54,912 nt of DNA from Thermoplasmatota archaeon (GCA_036160375.1 JAYYDY010000031.1:1-54912), one strand, 5' to 3'. Counted from the first letter of the stretch, positions 8,389 through 17,929 are shown. Numbers and translations are program-made. Notes: a model not told the origin generated them from the sequence alone.

Positions 8389-9389
8389 AGCCAGCCGAAG
8401 ACGTCCTCTTCGGTTTCGTTCTGAATGCCCGTCAGGGCATCGTAGAGTTTCAAGGTGGTTGCACCAGGTGTGCCGTCACCGTAGACCTTCTTCTGGCCGT
8501 CGTGGGTGATGGAGCCGATGGGGGAAATCACGGCGGCTGTTCCGCAACAAAACGCCTCGTCGGCCGCCATCGCAAAGTCGGCGGCCACCTTGCCTTCAAC
8601 GACCTCGTAGCCGAGGTGGCGGGCGAGTTGAATGATGGAATCGCGGGTGATGCCTGGAAGGATGGTGCCGGTGAGTTCAGGCGTGTAGAGCACGTCGTCC
8701 TTGATACAGAAGAAGTTGGCCGCGCCAACTTCCTCGACCACGGTGTGGGTTTCAGCATCGAGGTAAATCACCTCGGCGTAGCCCTTGGCTTTGGCTTCCT
8801 TGCTGGGCTTCATGCCCGGTGCGTAGTTGCCAATGGCCTTGACACCGCCCGAGCCACCGGGGGCTGCTCGGTGGTGGTCTTCGGAGATCAGCAGATCGAT
8901 GGCGCTCATGCCGCCCTTGAAATACGGTCCAACGGGAGTGACGTAAATCAGGAACGTGTAGGACGGTGCGGGAGCCACGCCCAACACGGGCCCGCTGCCC
9001 ATCAAAAGCGGGCGGACGTACATGGCGCCTTTACCGGATGGGGGCACCCAGTGCTTGTTGGCTTCAACGACTTGCTCAACGGCGTCAACGAAGATGGATT
9101 CGGGAACGGGGGGCATCTTGAGGCGGTCCGCTCCGCGCTGCATTCGTCGGGCGTTTTCCTCGGGTCGGAAGAAGACGATGCGTCCCTTTGAGGTTCGGTA
9201 GGCTTTCATGCCCTCAAAGAGGCCTTGGCCGTAGTTGAGAACACCTGCTGCCGGCGACATCGGGATGTCGCCGTAGGGGCGCAATTCACCGGGCATCCAC
9301 GGGTCGTCGGCCGTGGTGGTGGTGAGGTACATGGTCTCCGTGGGCGTCAGTGAAAAGGTCAGGCTGTCCCAATCAAACGATTCATCCAT
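8373..9389 (-). CDS. ilvE: branched-chain amino acid aminotransferase (fold type IV PLP enzyme)
   Basis: LNYGQGLFEGMKAYR, RPEENARRMQRGADRLKMP, GAMYVRPLLMGSGPVLGV, ...LPGITRDS. Full-length 338 aa, ATG at 9389. Converges on the cupredoxin gene with a 16-nt overlap. Confidence 0.9.
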   Translation of the reverse strand: MDESFDWDSLTFSLTPTETMYLTTTTADDPWMPGELRPYGDIPMSPAAGVLNYGQGLFEGMKAYRTSKGRIVFFRPEENARRMQRGADRLKMPPVPESIFVDAVEQVVEANKHWVPPSGKGAMYVRPLLMGSGPVLGVAPAPSYTFLIYVTPVGPYFKGGMSAIDLLISEDHHRAAPGGSGGVKAIGNYAPGMKPSKEAKAKGYAEVIYLDAETHTVVEEVGAANFFCIKDDVLYTPELTGTILPGITRDSIIQLARHLGYEVVEGKVAADFAMAADEAFCCGTAAVISPIGSITHDGQKKVYGDGTPGATTLKLYDALTGIQNETEEDVFGWLHPLP

Positions 9390-9536
9390 GCAGCACCACT
9401 CCTGTCAAAATGAGCCATTGGAATGAGGCTTTCAAGGGTTCCTCTCCCATTTCTTGCCCCGACGCGCCGGTTTTCCATGCACGCCGGCAGATGGGTTCTA
9501 ATGGGGCGGAACGGTCAAGCCTCACGGGGTCGCTCA

Positions 9537-12218
9537 ATGGATGGACGCATGGGGATTGTCAGCGGCCGATACCGCTCCTCCTCCATCTCCGCAGAAGGAG
9601 AGCCACAACCCAACACCATCGTGGAATTGTTTGGCCGATGCGAGGACGGTCGTTCCGTGTGCTTGCTCGTTCACGGTTTACGTCCCTCGTTCGAAATCGC
9701 TCCCATCGGCACATGGGATGCCAACGAGCCGATTCCGACGTTCATCGAAGACCGTCTGGCGCACGTTCGAGCCATGGAACACGTCGTGCAGGTGACCGGT
9801 CCAGTGGTCAAGTGGACCCAGCTGGGCGAACGGCCGGTGTGGACCATTGAAGTGGAGCAACCGTTCCATGTGCCCGCCCTTCGCAAGTTACTCAAAACCC
9901 GGTCGTGGCAAATTTTCTCCGGCGACATTCCCTTTGTGAATCGGCTGTTTTTGGACAGTGACGTTGGCATGCACGTCGCCTTCACGGGCGAGGTGGTGGA
10001 CGAGCGTTCGGCGGAGGGCCCCGTTCTCAAGCCCGAGGTCATCGAAGCCGGTGGTGGCGGCCGCTACGCCGTGGACCTAACGGTTCGCTGTGAGGTCGGC
10101 AACGTTCGCTCAACCGAACCGTTCCAGGTGCCCTACACCGTCTTCTCGTTCGACTTGGAAACCAGCATCGAGCACGAGACGGTGCTGTGCGCTGCGGCGT
10201 GCGTTGAACATCTCGGAACAGGGGTGCGTGAAGTGTTCGAGTACCGTGGGTCAGAAGCCGATATTCTCGAGGGGCTGACCGCCACCGTCCAAGCCACCGA
10301 CCCAGATATCATCACGGGGTACAACATCGACAACTTCGACCTTCCACGTTTGGCTGACCGCACGGGCGTGCTTCAGCGCGGACGGGGCTGGGACGGGACG
10401 GCATCGCTGTTCGGTTGGGGGCGAGCGCCCCGACTCGAAACCGAACTCAAGCGAAACCGGGATGCGTTGGTGCCCAAGCGCCAGAGCAACCGCGCCTGGA
10501 ACCTGTCGGGGCGCGTGGTGATGGACGCGTGGTGGCAAGCTCGCCAAGCGCTGCGGCCACGGCGTGAGACCCTGTCCTTTGTCGCCTCGCTGTTGTTTCC
10601 CGACGACGAGGACAAGCACAAGATGGACGTGGACGCCTCCAACATGGACCAGGAATGGGCCGACCGTCCCGACGAGGTCATGGCCTACTGCGTGCGAGAC
10701 GCTGAACTTCCCTTGGACATCCTCAACGCCATTCAGGCCGTGCGAAGAAAGGAAGCCGTGGCGGCGGTGGCGAAAGTACCGTTTGAAACCGCCGCCAACG
10801 GGAGCACCAGCCAACTCATTGATTCACTGGTGATTCGACTGGCCGATGTCCAGCAGGTGGCCGTTCCGCTCACCGGTTCGGCCGAGGCCAAGGAAGGTCA
10901 GATCACGGGTGGCTACGTTCACGACGTCGAAGCAGGGCTGCACCCTTGGATTGCCGTGCTCGATTTCAAGAGCATGTACCCGTCCATCATGATCGGCCAC
11001 AACATCTGCTACACCACCCGCATCGACCCGGCCCAACCCGCTCCCGAGGAAGGCAGGTACCACACCTCGCCCATCGAGAGCAAATTCCGCTTAGCCGAGG
11101 ATCGGAAAGGGATGGTGCCGGCCCTGCTCGAGGACTTGATGGCCCAGCGCGACGAACACAAAGCCGCCATCCAGCAAGCGAAATCCGACGGCGATGAGAC
11201 CGCTGAAGCCTTTCATGATGCCATGCAGTATGCTGTGAAGATTCTGATGAATTCGTTCTACGGCGTCTTCGCCAGTGGCTTCTATCGCTTCACACATCGG
11301 GATCTGGGCTCCTCCATCACGGCGTGGGCTCGTCAAAACATCAAGGGCATCATCGCTGCGGTTGAACAGGAGGGCCACGGCGTGGTTTATTCCGATACGG
11401 ATTCCATTTTCGTTCGGTCACCGGTGGACCCCGTTGCGCCTCGCCAGCTCACCGCTGAAGTGCAAGAACTCGCTGAGCAGGGCGACAAGGCCGCCTTGGC
11501 CACCGTCGCCGCCTACGAAGCAGCGTGCAGCAGCATGGTGGAGTTTGGGACGGGCCTTGCCGAGAAATACAGCCGAGATTCGGCCGTCCTTGAATTTGAA
11601 AAAGGGCTCTCCGTCTTTTTCAGCCATGGCGCCAAAAAGCGATACATCGGCCAGGTGGTCTGGCCGTCTCACGAGATGCTCGTGCGTGGATACGAAACGC
11701 AGCGAACGGATTCGTTCAGCTACTTGACCACGACCATGAAGGAAATTTTCCGCTACACGCTGGCGGATCAGGGCGATGAATTGGTGGCCTACGCCAAGCA
11801 GCAAGTTGAGGCGCTTCGAACCTGTCAAGTACCTGCCAGCGAGGTCGTGCTGGCCAAATCCTGCAAGGGGCGCATCGTGCGAACGCCCGTGAAAACATCA
11901 GACGACGTGGATTTCACCAAAGACTACAGCAAACCGGACAGCATGGTTCAGGTGCGTGTGGCCAAACAACGCATTGAACGCGGCCTCGGTTTCACCTCGG
12001 GCATGAAGGTGTCCTACGTGGTCACCGATGCTAGCAAACCTCCGATGGCAGCTGTCCACTGGCCGGACACCGAAGAGGAGCAAGCCAAGGTGACCTACGA
12101 CGGGCGATTCTATGCCGAGCGCTTGGCGGCTGCCGTTGGGCGAATCACGGAGGCCTTTGGATGGGAAGCAAAAGACCTGATGGCTGGCAACAAGCAGACA
12201 AGTTTGTTCTCGTTTTAG
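9537..12218 (+). CDS. polB: family-B DNA polymerase
   Basis: Exo I FSFDLETS, Exo II ITGYNIDNFDLPRL, Exo III YCVRDAELP. Pol motif A LDFKSMYPSIM, motif B KILMNSFYGVF, motif C VVYSDTDSIFV. No intein-sized insertion. Start chosen at ATG 9537 (MDGRMGIV); ATG 9549 or the Arg-rich extension from 9423 cannot be excluded. Confidence 0.93.
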   Translation: MDGRMGIVSGRYRSSSISAEGEPQPNTIVELFGRCEDGRSVCLLVHGLRPSFEIAPIGTWDANEPIPTFIEDRLAHVRAMEHVVQVTGPVVKWTQLGERPVWTIEVEQPFHVPALRKLLKTRSWQIFSGDIPFVNRLFLDSDVGMHVAFTGEVVDERSAEGPVLKPEVIEAGGGGRYAVDLTVRCEVGNVRSTEPFQVPYTVFSFDLETSIEHETVLCAAACVEHLGTGVREVFEYRGSEADILEGLTATVQATDPDIITGYNIDNFDLPRLADRTGVLQRGRGWDGTASLFGWGRAPRLETELKRNRDALVPKRQSNRAWNLSGRVVMDAWWQARQALRPRRETLSFVASLLFPDDEDKHKMDVDASNMDQEWADRPDEVMAYCVRDAELPLDILNAIQAVRRKEAVAAVAKVPFETAANGSTSQLIDSLVIRLADVQQVAVPLTGSAEAKEGQITGGYVHDVEAGLHPWIAVLDFKSMYPSIMIGHNICYTTRIDPAQPAPEEGRYHTSPIESKFRLAEDRKGMVPALLEDLMAQRDEHKAAIQQAKSDGDETAEAFHDAMQYAVKILMNSFYGVFASGFYRFTHRDLGSSITAWARQNIKGIIAAVEQEGHGVVYSDTDSIFVRSPVDPVAPRQLTAEVQELAEQGDKAALATVAAYEAACSSMVEFGTGLAEKYSRDSAVLEFEKGLSVFFSHGAKKRYIGQVVWPSHEMLVRGYETQRTDSFSYLTTTMKEIFRYTLADQGDELVAYAKQQVEALRTCQVPASEVVLAKSCKGRIVRTPVKTSDDVDFTKDYSKPDSMVQVRVAKQRIERGLGFTSGMKVSYVVTDASKPPMAAVHWPDTEEEQAKVTYDGRFYAERLAAAVGRITEAFGWEAKDLMAGNKQTSLFSF

Positions 12219-12244
12219 GCGGGCCGGACGAGGAAGCCCTTTTG

Positions 12245-13474
12245 ATGAACGAGCCACCACATACCAACATGGGAAGCCATTCACGAACCCTCATGGTGGT
12301 GGGGTTGATGCTGTGTTCCTCGCTGGCTGGATGCATCTTTGAAGACGGTTCAAGCGGGGAGGATGCCGAAGTCTTGGCGGTCTTCAGTTTCAGTCCGAGC
12401 AAGAACATCAAGGTCGGCACCACCGTCAGTTTTGACGGCTCAAGTTCAACACCCAACGACGGCTCGCTGACCTACCGATGGAACTTCGATACCGAGGCGA
12501 CCATCGACATCGACGCCACCGGTTTGACGGCTTCATGGTCGTTTGACGAGGCCAAGACCTACAAGGTGACCCTCGAGGTATCCGACGGCACATCAACGTC
12601 GGAGCAAACTCGGGACATCACCGTGTACGCCGAGAGTGCCGAACCTCCGACGGCAGAGATCACGCAGTACGCCGATGAGGAAGACTGCGAGGACGACGAG
12701 ATCACCGAGTCGCGACACATTCTCGTTTGGATTTGCGCACGCGACAAAACCATCACCGACCGCAGCATCACCGAAACGACGACCATCCAACTCGATGCGA
12801 CGGACTCAACGCCAGGCGACAGCACGTCGCAATACATCCCTGAGGACGGCTACACGTGGGATTTGGACCTCAACGAAGACAAAGACAACGACGGTGACCC
12901 GGAGAACGACGACGATCTCGTGGGCTCAACCGTTGACTGGAGTAACGTCGCACCGGGCGAATACGAAATTGGTCTGACGGTCACCAACAACGTCGACATG
13001 ACCGACAGCGCCACCATTCGGGTCTACGTCAGTTATGCAGGCTACTGGAACGATTTCGAAATCGGGGGCAACAGCAGCGGCAACGCCGCAGAGTTGGACT
13101 TCGACGCCATCATCCACTACGACAAGGAGGCCGGCAACACCATCGTCAAGGCGCAAGTCGAACTGGAGTACCCCAAAGAAGACGGTGACTGTACGGCCAT
13201 TCCGGGCGCAAACAACTGCCGTGCCGAACTCAACATCTTTGCTTACAACGAGGAAGACGAAGAGGCCGCCAACACCACGTCAACCGACGTCGAATCTCGC
13301 GAAGATGGAGACTGCGGCGACGATCAAGATTGCATTCACCTGAAACTCTCAGGCTACATGTTCTCCGACACCGAATCGACCTACGGCGAGGGCGAGTGGA
13401 CCATGACGATTCAGAACGACCGCGTCAACGACTTCAACGTCGACCAGTTTGTCATTCGCCTCTACTACAAATGA
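12245..13474 (+). CDS. secreted lipoprotein-like protein with PKD domain and Asp-rich calcium-binding-type motif
   Basis: Trimmed to ATG 12245 (12269 also possible). LMLCSSLAGC is lipobox-like. PKD-like segment VFSFSPSKNIKVGTTVSFDGSSS...YRWNFD...YKVTLEVSDG. DLNEDKDNDGDPENDDD resembles DxDxDxD Ca-binding loops. Confidence 0.75.
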   Translation: MNEPPHTNMGSHSRTLMVVGLMLCSSLAGCIFEDGSSGEDAEVLAVFSFSPSKNIKVGTTVSFDGSSSTPNDGSLTYRWNFDTEATIDIDATGLTASWSFDEAKTYKVTLEVSDGTSTSEQTRDITVYAESAEPPTAEITQYADEEDCEDDEITESRHILVWICARDKTITDRSITETTTIQLDATDSTPGDSTSQYIPEDGYTWDLDLNEDKDNDGDPENDDDLVGSTVDWSNVAPGEYEIGLTVTNNVDMTDSATIRVYVSYAGYWNDFEIGGNSSGNAAELDFDAIIHYDKEAGNTIVKAQVELEYPKEDGDCTAIPGANNCRAELNIFAYNEEDEEAANTTSTDVESREDGDCGDDQDCIHLKLSGYMFSDTESTYGEGEWTMTIQNDRVNDFNVDQFVIRLYYK

Positions 13475-13485
13475 GGTGAGTCTGC

Positions 13486-14937
13486 ATGCGACGCACGCGA
13501 ATCGTAGCGACCATTGGACCAGCCTGCGATGACCGTTCAACCCTCAAGGCGCTGATGGAAGCGGGTGCCGATGTGTGCCGCTTCAACTATTCTCACGGGG
13601 AACCCGAAGACAAGACCGACCTCTACCGGCGCGTGCGGGACATCGAGGATGAATTGGGCCGCCCAACTTGTATTTTGGCTGACCTCCCCGGCCCGAAACT
13701 TCGTCTGGGTACCTTTCCCGAAGTGGAAATGCTCGAAGAGGGCAGTGAAATCACGCTTCTGTGCGGTCTGGTCAGCGTAGAAACCACGAACGGCACCCAT
13801 TTTCCCGTTGAATACGCAGGGCTTTCGGCTGAACTCAAAACCGGCGACCCCATCCTACTGGCCGATGGTCTGATTCGTCTGACCGTGCTCTCCACCGAAG
13901 GGAAGGCCGGGGCCTCGGTGCGCTGTCGGGTGGAAGACGGCGGCCCCATCAGCAGCCGGAAAGGCGTCAACGTCCCGGGCACCCTCGTCGACCTTCCCGC
14001 CATTGGTCCAAAAGACGAGGCTGCCCTGCAGCACGCTCTTGAAAACGGGGCCGACTACATCGCCGTGAGTTACGTTCGTACCGCTGAGGATTTGCTGCCG
14101 GCCAAAGAGGCGGTTCGGGCGGCATCCATGCACGTCCCCGTCGTTGCGAAAATCGAACATCCGGTGGCCTTGGACAACCTCGACAGTATCCTGGACGTCG
14201 CCGATGCCGTGATGGTGGCAAGAGGCGACCTTGGCGTTGAAATTCCGCTCGAAAACGTTCCCGTGGTCCAACAACGCATCATCGACAAGGCGCTTGAACG
14301 GGGCATGCCCGTGGTGGTGGCCACACAGATGCTCGATTCCATGACCTTCCAACCACGCCCCACTCGGGCAGAGGTCAGCGACGTGTCCACCGCCATCCGG
14401 CACGGTGCCACCGGCGTCATGCTGTCGGGTGAAACCGCCACGGGCAAGTACCCGCTTGAGACGGTGCAGACCATGGCGCGTATTGCCGCTGCCACGGAAG
14501 ACGGCTTGGCCGCTCACGAACTTCGTCCGACCGCTCTCGCTCGCTTCCGTTCGACCCGGGCGGTGGCGCATGCTGGCGTTGAACTGGCTCGAGAGGCCGA
14601 AGCCGCACGCATCGTGGTCGCCACCGAACACGGGACCTCACCGCGGTTGGTGTCGGGCTACCGTCCTTCCATGCCAGTGACGGCGGTGTCGGACCGCTTG
14701 CGTGCCCTTCGCCGAACCTGCCTGCTTCCTGGCGTGGATGCCGTGTTGTGCAAAGAGCATGACCGCGGCTCGAAAACGATGCGAGAAGCGGTGGACCAGC
14801 TCGTGCTCCAGGGGTTGATTCAGCCCGGGGAGCGCGTGGTGGCCATTTCGGGCAGTCCGCTGGCGATGCGGGGCGCGACCAGCACCCTCCGTCTCTACAA
14901 GATCGGCTCGTCTGGTGAAATTCTTGACACGCAATGA
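13486..14937 (+). CDS. pyk: pyruvate kinase
   Basis: MRRTRIVATIGPACDD, ...FNYSHG, MVARGDLGVEIP, MLSGETA. GAGGTGA lies 6 nt upstream of the ATG. Confidence 0.95.
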   Translation: MRRTRIVATIGPACDDRSTLKALMEAGADVCRFNYSHGEPEDKTDLYRRVRDIEDELGRPTCILADLPGPKLRLGTFPEVEMLEEGSEITLLCGLVSVETTNGTHFPVEYAGLSAELKTGDPILLADGLIRLTVLSTEGKAGASVRCRVEDGGPISSRKGVNVPGTLVDLPAIGPKDEAALQHALENGADYIAVSYVRTAEDLLPAKEAVRAASMHVPVVAKIEHPVALDNLDSILDVADAVMVARGDLGVEIPLENVPVVQQRIIDKALERGMPVVVATQMLDSMTFQPRPTRAEVSDVSTAIRHGATGVMLSGETATGKYPLETVQTMARIAAATEDGLAAHELRPTALARFRSTRAVAHAGVELAREAEAARIVVATEHGTSPRLVSGYRPSMPVTAVSDRLRALRRTCLLPGVDAVLCKEHDRGSKTMREAVDQLVLQGLIQPGERVVAISGSPLAMRGATSTLRLYKIGSSGEILDTQ

Positions 14938-14975
14938 GGCTAAAACAGGGAATGCGTGGTGAATTCGTGGCGTAA

Positions 14976-14988
14976 AGCGCGTCGCGCT
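14976..14988. promoter_or_regulatory. perfect palindrome agcgcg-t-cgcgct between pyk and the tuf promoter
   Basis: AGCGCG / CGCGCT are exact reverse complements. The palindrome lies 39 nt after the pyk stop and abuts the TATA-like box at 14990. It could be a pyk 3' hairpin or an operator. Confidence 0.3.
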
Positions 14989-14989
14989 C

Positions 14990-14998
14990 TTGATATAG
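14990..14998 (+). promoter_or_regulatory. TATA-like box (ttgatatag) for tuf-rps10, with SD aggag at 15024-15028
   Basis: A/T-rich element ~43 nt upstream of ATG 15037. AGGAG lies 8 nt before the ATG. Confidence 0.45.
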
Positions 14999-15036
14999 GG
15001 GATAATTGTCGGAGCGCTTGCTAAGGAGCGATTACC

Positions 15037-16326
15037 ATGCCATCACAATGGGAAGACAGAAGCAAGCCACACCGCAACATCGTGTTTATCGGTCACGTCG
15101 ACCACGGAAAGTCCACCACCGTTGGACGTCTCCTCCTCGACTCCGGCCACATCGAAGAGCACGTGATTGAGAAGAACGAGAAACTCGCCGCTGAATCCGG
15201 TAAGGCCGGTTTCGGACTTGCGTACGTCATGGACGGACTCAAGGAAGAGCGCGAGCGCGGTATCACCATTGACGTCGCTCACAAGGAGTTTTTCACCCCT
15301 GACTACTACTGGACCATCATCGATGCTCCAGGCCACCGCGACTTCGTCAAGAACATGATCACCGGTGCTTCCCAAGCTGACACCGCTGTTCTGCTCTGCG
15401 CTGCCAACGACGGTGTCAACGCCCAGACCAAGGAGCACGCTTTCCTGGCCAAGGTGTTGGGTGTCAAGGGCCTCATTGTCCACGTCAACAAGATGGACAT
15501 CTCCGGTGTCGATTGGACCGAAGAGAAGTACAAGGCTGCCTGCGCTGAAGTTTCCGGCCTCCTCAAGATGGCTGGTTTCAAGCCAGACGACGTCCCCATG
15601 ATCCCTGCCTCGTCCCTCAACGGCGACAACGTGTTCAACAAGTCGGACAAGTGCCCCTGGTACAACGGTCCAACACTCTTCGAGGCCATCAACGCCACGC
15701 CCATGCCCGACAAGCCATCCGACAAGCCTCTCCGCTTGCCCATTCAGGACGTCTACAAGATCTCCGGTATCGGTACCGTGCCCGTCGGCAAGATCGAAAC
15801 CGGTACCCTCAACGTCGGCAAGAACGTGGTCTTCAACCCCTCTGCCAAGGGCGGTGAAGTGAAGTCCATTGAGATGCACCACACCATGGTCGACAAGGCT
15901 GAGCCAGGCGACAACGTTGGTTTCAACGTCCGTGGCCTCGCCTCCACCGACATCCGCCGTGGCGACGTTGCCGGCTACTCCGACAGCGAGCCAACCTTCG
16001 TGCGACACGACGAGACCTTCGTGGGACAAATCCAACTCATGGACATCCCCAAGGCTGTCTCCGTTGGCTACACCCCTGTGTTCCACGCTCACACCGCTCA
16101 AGTTGCTGTGAAGTTCATGGAACTCTTGGAGAAGACCAACAAGTCCGGCAAGGAAGCCAACCCTTCCTTCCTCAAGACCGGCGACGCTTGTCTCATCCGC
16201 TTCCAGCCAACCAAGCCCATGGCCATCGAGCAGATGGACACCTTCCCTGAGCTTTCCCGCTTCGCTATCCGCGACATGGGCAAGACCGTGGCTGCTGGCG
16301 TTTGCTTGAAGATCGAGAAGAAGTGA
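15037..16326 (+). CDS. tuf: translation elongation factor aEF-1 alpha
   Basis: NIVFIGHVDHGKSTTVGRLL, DAPGHRDF, NKMD. Full-length 429 aa. Confidence 0.97.
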   Translation: MPSQWEDRSKPHRNIVFIGHVDHGKSTTVGRLLLDSGHIEEHVIEKNEKLAAESGKAGFGLAYVMDGLKEERERGITIDVAHKEFFTPDYYWTIIDAPGHRDFVKNMITGASQADTAVLLCAANDGVNAQTKEHAFLAKVLGVKGLIVHVNKMDISGVDWTEEKYKAACAEVSGLLKMAGFKPDDVPMIPASSLNGDNVFNKSDKCPWYNGPTLFEAINATPMPDKPSDKPLRLPIQDVYKISGIGTVPVGKIETGTLNVGKNVVFNPSAKGGEVKSIEMHHTMVDKAEPGDNVGFNVRGLASTDIRRGDVAGYSDSEPTFVRHDETFVGQIQLMDIPKAVSVGYTPVFHAHTAQVAVKFMELLEKTNKSGKEANPSFLKTGDACLIRFQPTKPMAIEQMDTFPELSRFAIRDMGKTVAAGVCLKIEKK

Positions 16327-16336
16327 GTTCGCTCAC
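16323..16336 (+). other. GTGAG-TTCG-CTCAC hairpin (UUCG tetraloop) overlapping the tuf stop codon
   Basis: 5-bp perfect stem with a ttcg loop in the 38-nt tuf-rps10 spacer. No T-run follows, so it is not a terminator. May be an RNA stability or processing element. Confidence 0.3.
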
Positions 16337-16364
16337 GAAACGATTGATGCGAGGAGTGGATTGA

Positions 16365-16694
16365 ATGGTTGCTGTGACTGTCATCAAGTTGACCGGTGAG
16401 AACCACAAGGACATCGATGACGTTGCCAGCCAGATCAAGACCATCTGCGACAGCGGCGGTATCAACCTCCGTGGTCCAATCCCCCTGCCCACCCGCCGAC
16501 TCGTGGTGCCCGTTCGAAAGGCACCCGACGGTGAAGGCAGCGAGACCTACGACCACTGGGAAATGCGCATCCACAAGCGCTTGCTTGAGATGGACATCTC
16601 AACGGCCAAGGACCAAACCGCCCTTCGCTCGGTGACCAAGATCCCCATCCCTGACACCGTCAGCATCGAAATCTCGATGAGAAACATCAACTGA
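16365..16694 (+). CDS. rps10: 30S ribosomal protein S10
   Basis: IKLTGENHKDIDDVASQI...GPIPLPTRRLVVPVRKAPDGEGSETYDHWEMRIHKRL. GAGGAG lies 8 nt upstream. Classic aEF-1alpha-S10 pairing. Confidence 0.95.
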   Translation: MVAVTVIKLTGENHKDIDDVASQIKTICDSGGINLRGPIPLPTRRLVVPVRKAPDGEGSETYDHWEMRIHKRLLEMDISTAKDQTALRSVTKIPIPDTVSIEISMRNIN

Positions 16695-16843
16695 ACCGGT
16701 TGATGCATTCCGCCCGAATGGGTGTTCTCAACACGGCCTGCGTAGCGTTTCTCGTGAGAGAACCATCCGATCTCCCATCCGAGGACGTGGCTGACCAACC
16801 ATCGTCGTGGCAAGCACAAACCGCAGTTTGGGTGATCTGAGTC

Positions 16844-17929
16844 TCAGAGTTCAGCCCGCTCGGCGACGCCAGCGTCCGTGAGCCAAGCCGCCGTGCCTTC
16901 ATCCAGAACGTGAACGTCTCCTGCTTCAAGCGTCAGCGGTTGACCGCTGGCGTCCATCACGGGTTCGGGAAGGGTTTCGAGGATTCGGACACGCACGTTC
17001 CCTTCGTCCGTCGGTTCGTCCGTCTTGTGTTCAACGGCCGCGGCTCCTGGTCCATTCTCGGTCTCATGCTGAGGAGGCTCGTCTTGAATGGTGGTCAGCG
17101 GTTCCTTCGACGGTGCCAGTTCCATGGCTGCACCATGCTTGTTCGTGGCGGTCGCGGCCGAGGTTGCTGCTGGCGAAGGTTCCGGCACCGTGCTCGCCGG
17201 TGTCGATATAGCGGCGGGCGATACCGTGGTGGAAGCAGGTGAAGTCTGGTCTTGCATGTCGGCCAAGAGGTAGGCTTCTTCATCCGCCCACGGAGCGTCG
17301 TCCATCCAGCGTTCTTCTGCATCCTCTTCGGTTTGAGGCAGCGGTTCCATGGTGTCCTCAAAGGCCAAATCCGGCGGTGGTCCGGCGGTTAGGGTACCTT
17401 CACCAACAAAGGCGTCGAGTTGCATGGTACCGGGGGCATGGGTTCGTGGTTGCGTCATGATTTCGCCGAGCAACCCTTGCTGCATACCCTGCCAGTCAAT
17501 TTCTTTCTTGAAACGGTCCACGTTGAGTTGGAGGGCGTGATAGAACGCTTTCTCAGCCGGGTCATGTCGCTGCCAATCCAGCGAGGGAAGCTCCTGATTC
17601 ATGCCGGGATTGACGCCGCTCCGCAAGGCTTGGCTGGCGGCATGTTGCATCATCGCCACCATCCGCTTCCGAGCGAGTTCGGAGGCGATGCGGCGGATGT
17701 TGGTTTGGCGTTTCTGCAGGTTTTGCAATCGCATGTCAATGGACCCTTTCCGGACCATGTTTTGAATTTCCAAATCCAAGCTGGACAGCAAGGCTCGGAC
17801 CATTTCCCAAAAATCCTGTCGGGGGAGCGGAACCGGCACGTGGCGCGGCAGTTGCTGCCGGTGTGTGGTGAACAACTGCTCTTCGATCTCTTGGGCTTGT
17901 CCGCCGTCGAGATCCCGAACAGGGGTCAT
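16844..17929 (-). CDS. GINS-like replisome subunit (Gins51-type) with ~150-aa low-complexity insertion
   Basis: Track ORF trimmed to ATG 17929 (361 aa). The N-terminal helical part (LPRQDFWEMVRALLSSLDLEI...RRIASELARKRMVAMMQHA) and the C-terminal beta part (VRVRILETLPEPVMDASGQPLTLEAGDVHVLDEGTAAWLTDAGVAE) resemble archaeal Gins51 A and B domains. Assigned from recall only. Confidence 0.6.
   Translation of the reverse strand: MTPVRDLDGGQAQEIEEQLFTTHRQQLPRHVPVPLPRQDFWEMVRALLSSLDLEIQNMVRKGSIDMRLQNLQKRQTNIRRIASELARKRMVAMMQHAASQALRSGVNPGMNQELPSLDWQRHDPAEKAFYHALQLNVDRFKKEIDWQGMQQGLLGEIMTQPRTHAPGTMQLDAFVGEGTLTAGPPPDLAFEDTMEPLPQTEEDAEERWMDDAPWADEEAYLLADMQDQTSPASTTVSPAAISTPASTVPEPSPAATSAATATNKHGAAMELAPSKEPLTTIQDEPPQHETENGPGAAAVEHKTDEPTDEGNVRVRILETLPEPVMDASGQPLTLEAGDVHVLDEGTAAWLTDAGVAERAEL

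Noticed and set aside
15043-16101. Long ORFs antisense to well-supported genes: 352 aa opposite aEF-1alpha. Others are 26504-27838 (opposite the SPFH gene), 24555-25724, 29176-30201, 41672-42712, 43163-44260, 8352-9191, 30583-31233 and 13855-14631.
   Set aside because: All are Arg/Gly/His/Val-rich with no recognisable motifs. They exactly shadow genes with strong family signatures, and stop codons are rare in any frame of ~60% GC DNA. They are best explained as compositional artefacts.
16695-16843. A 149-nt non-coding gap between the convergent rps10 and GINS-like genes, as a possible small RNA. It has an imperfect inverted repeat ggtgttctc...gagagaacc and a ctgag-t-ctcag palindrome at the GINS stop.
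   Set aside because: The stems are short or imperfect, no promoter-like element is present, and no known RNA family is recognisable. It is most simply a 3' UTR / termination zone for two convergent genes.
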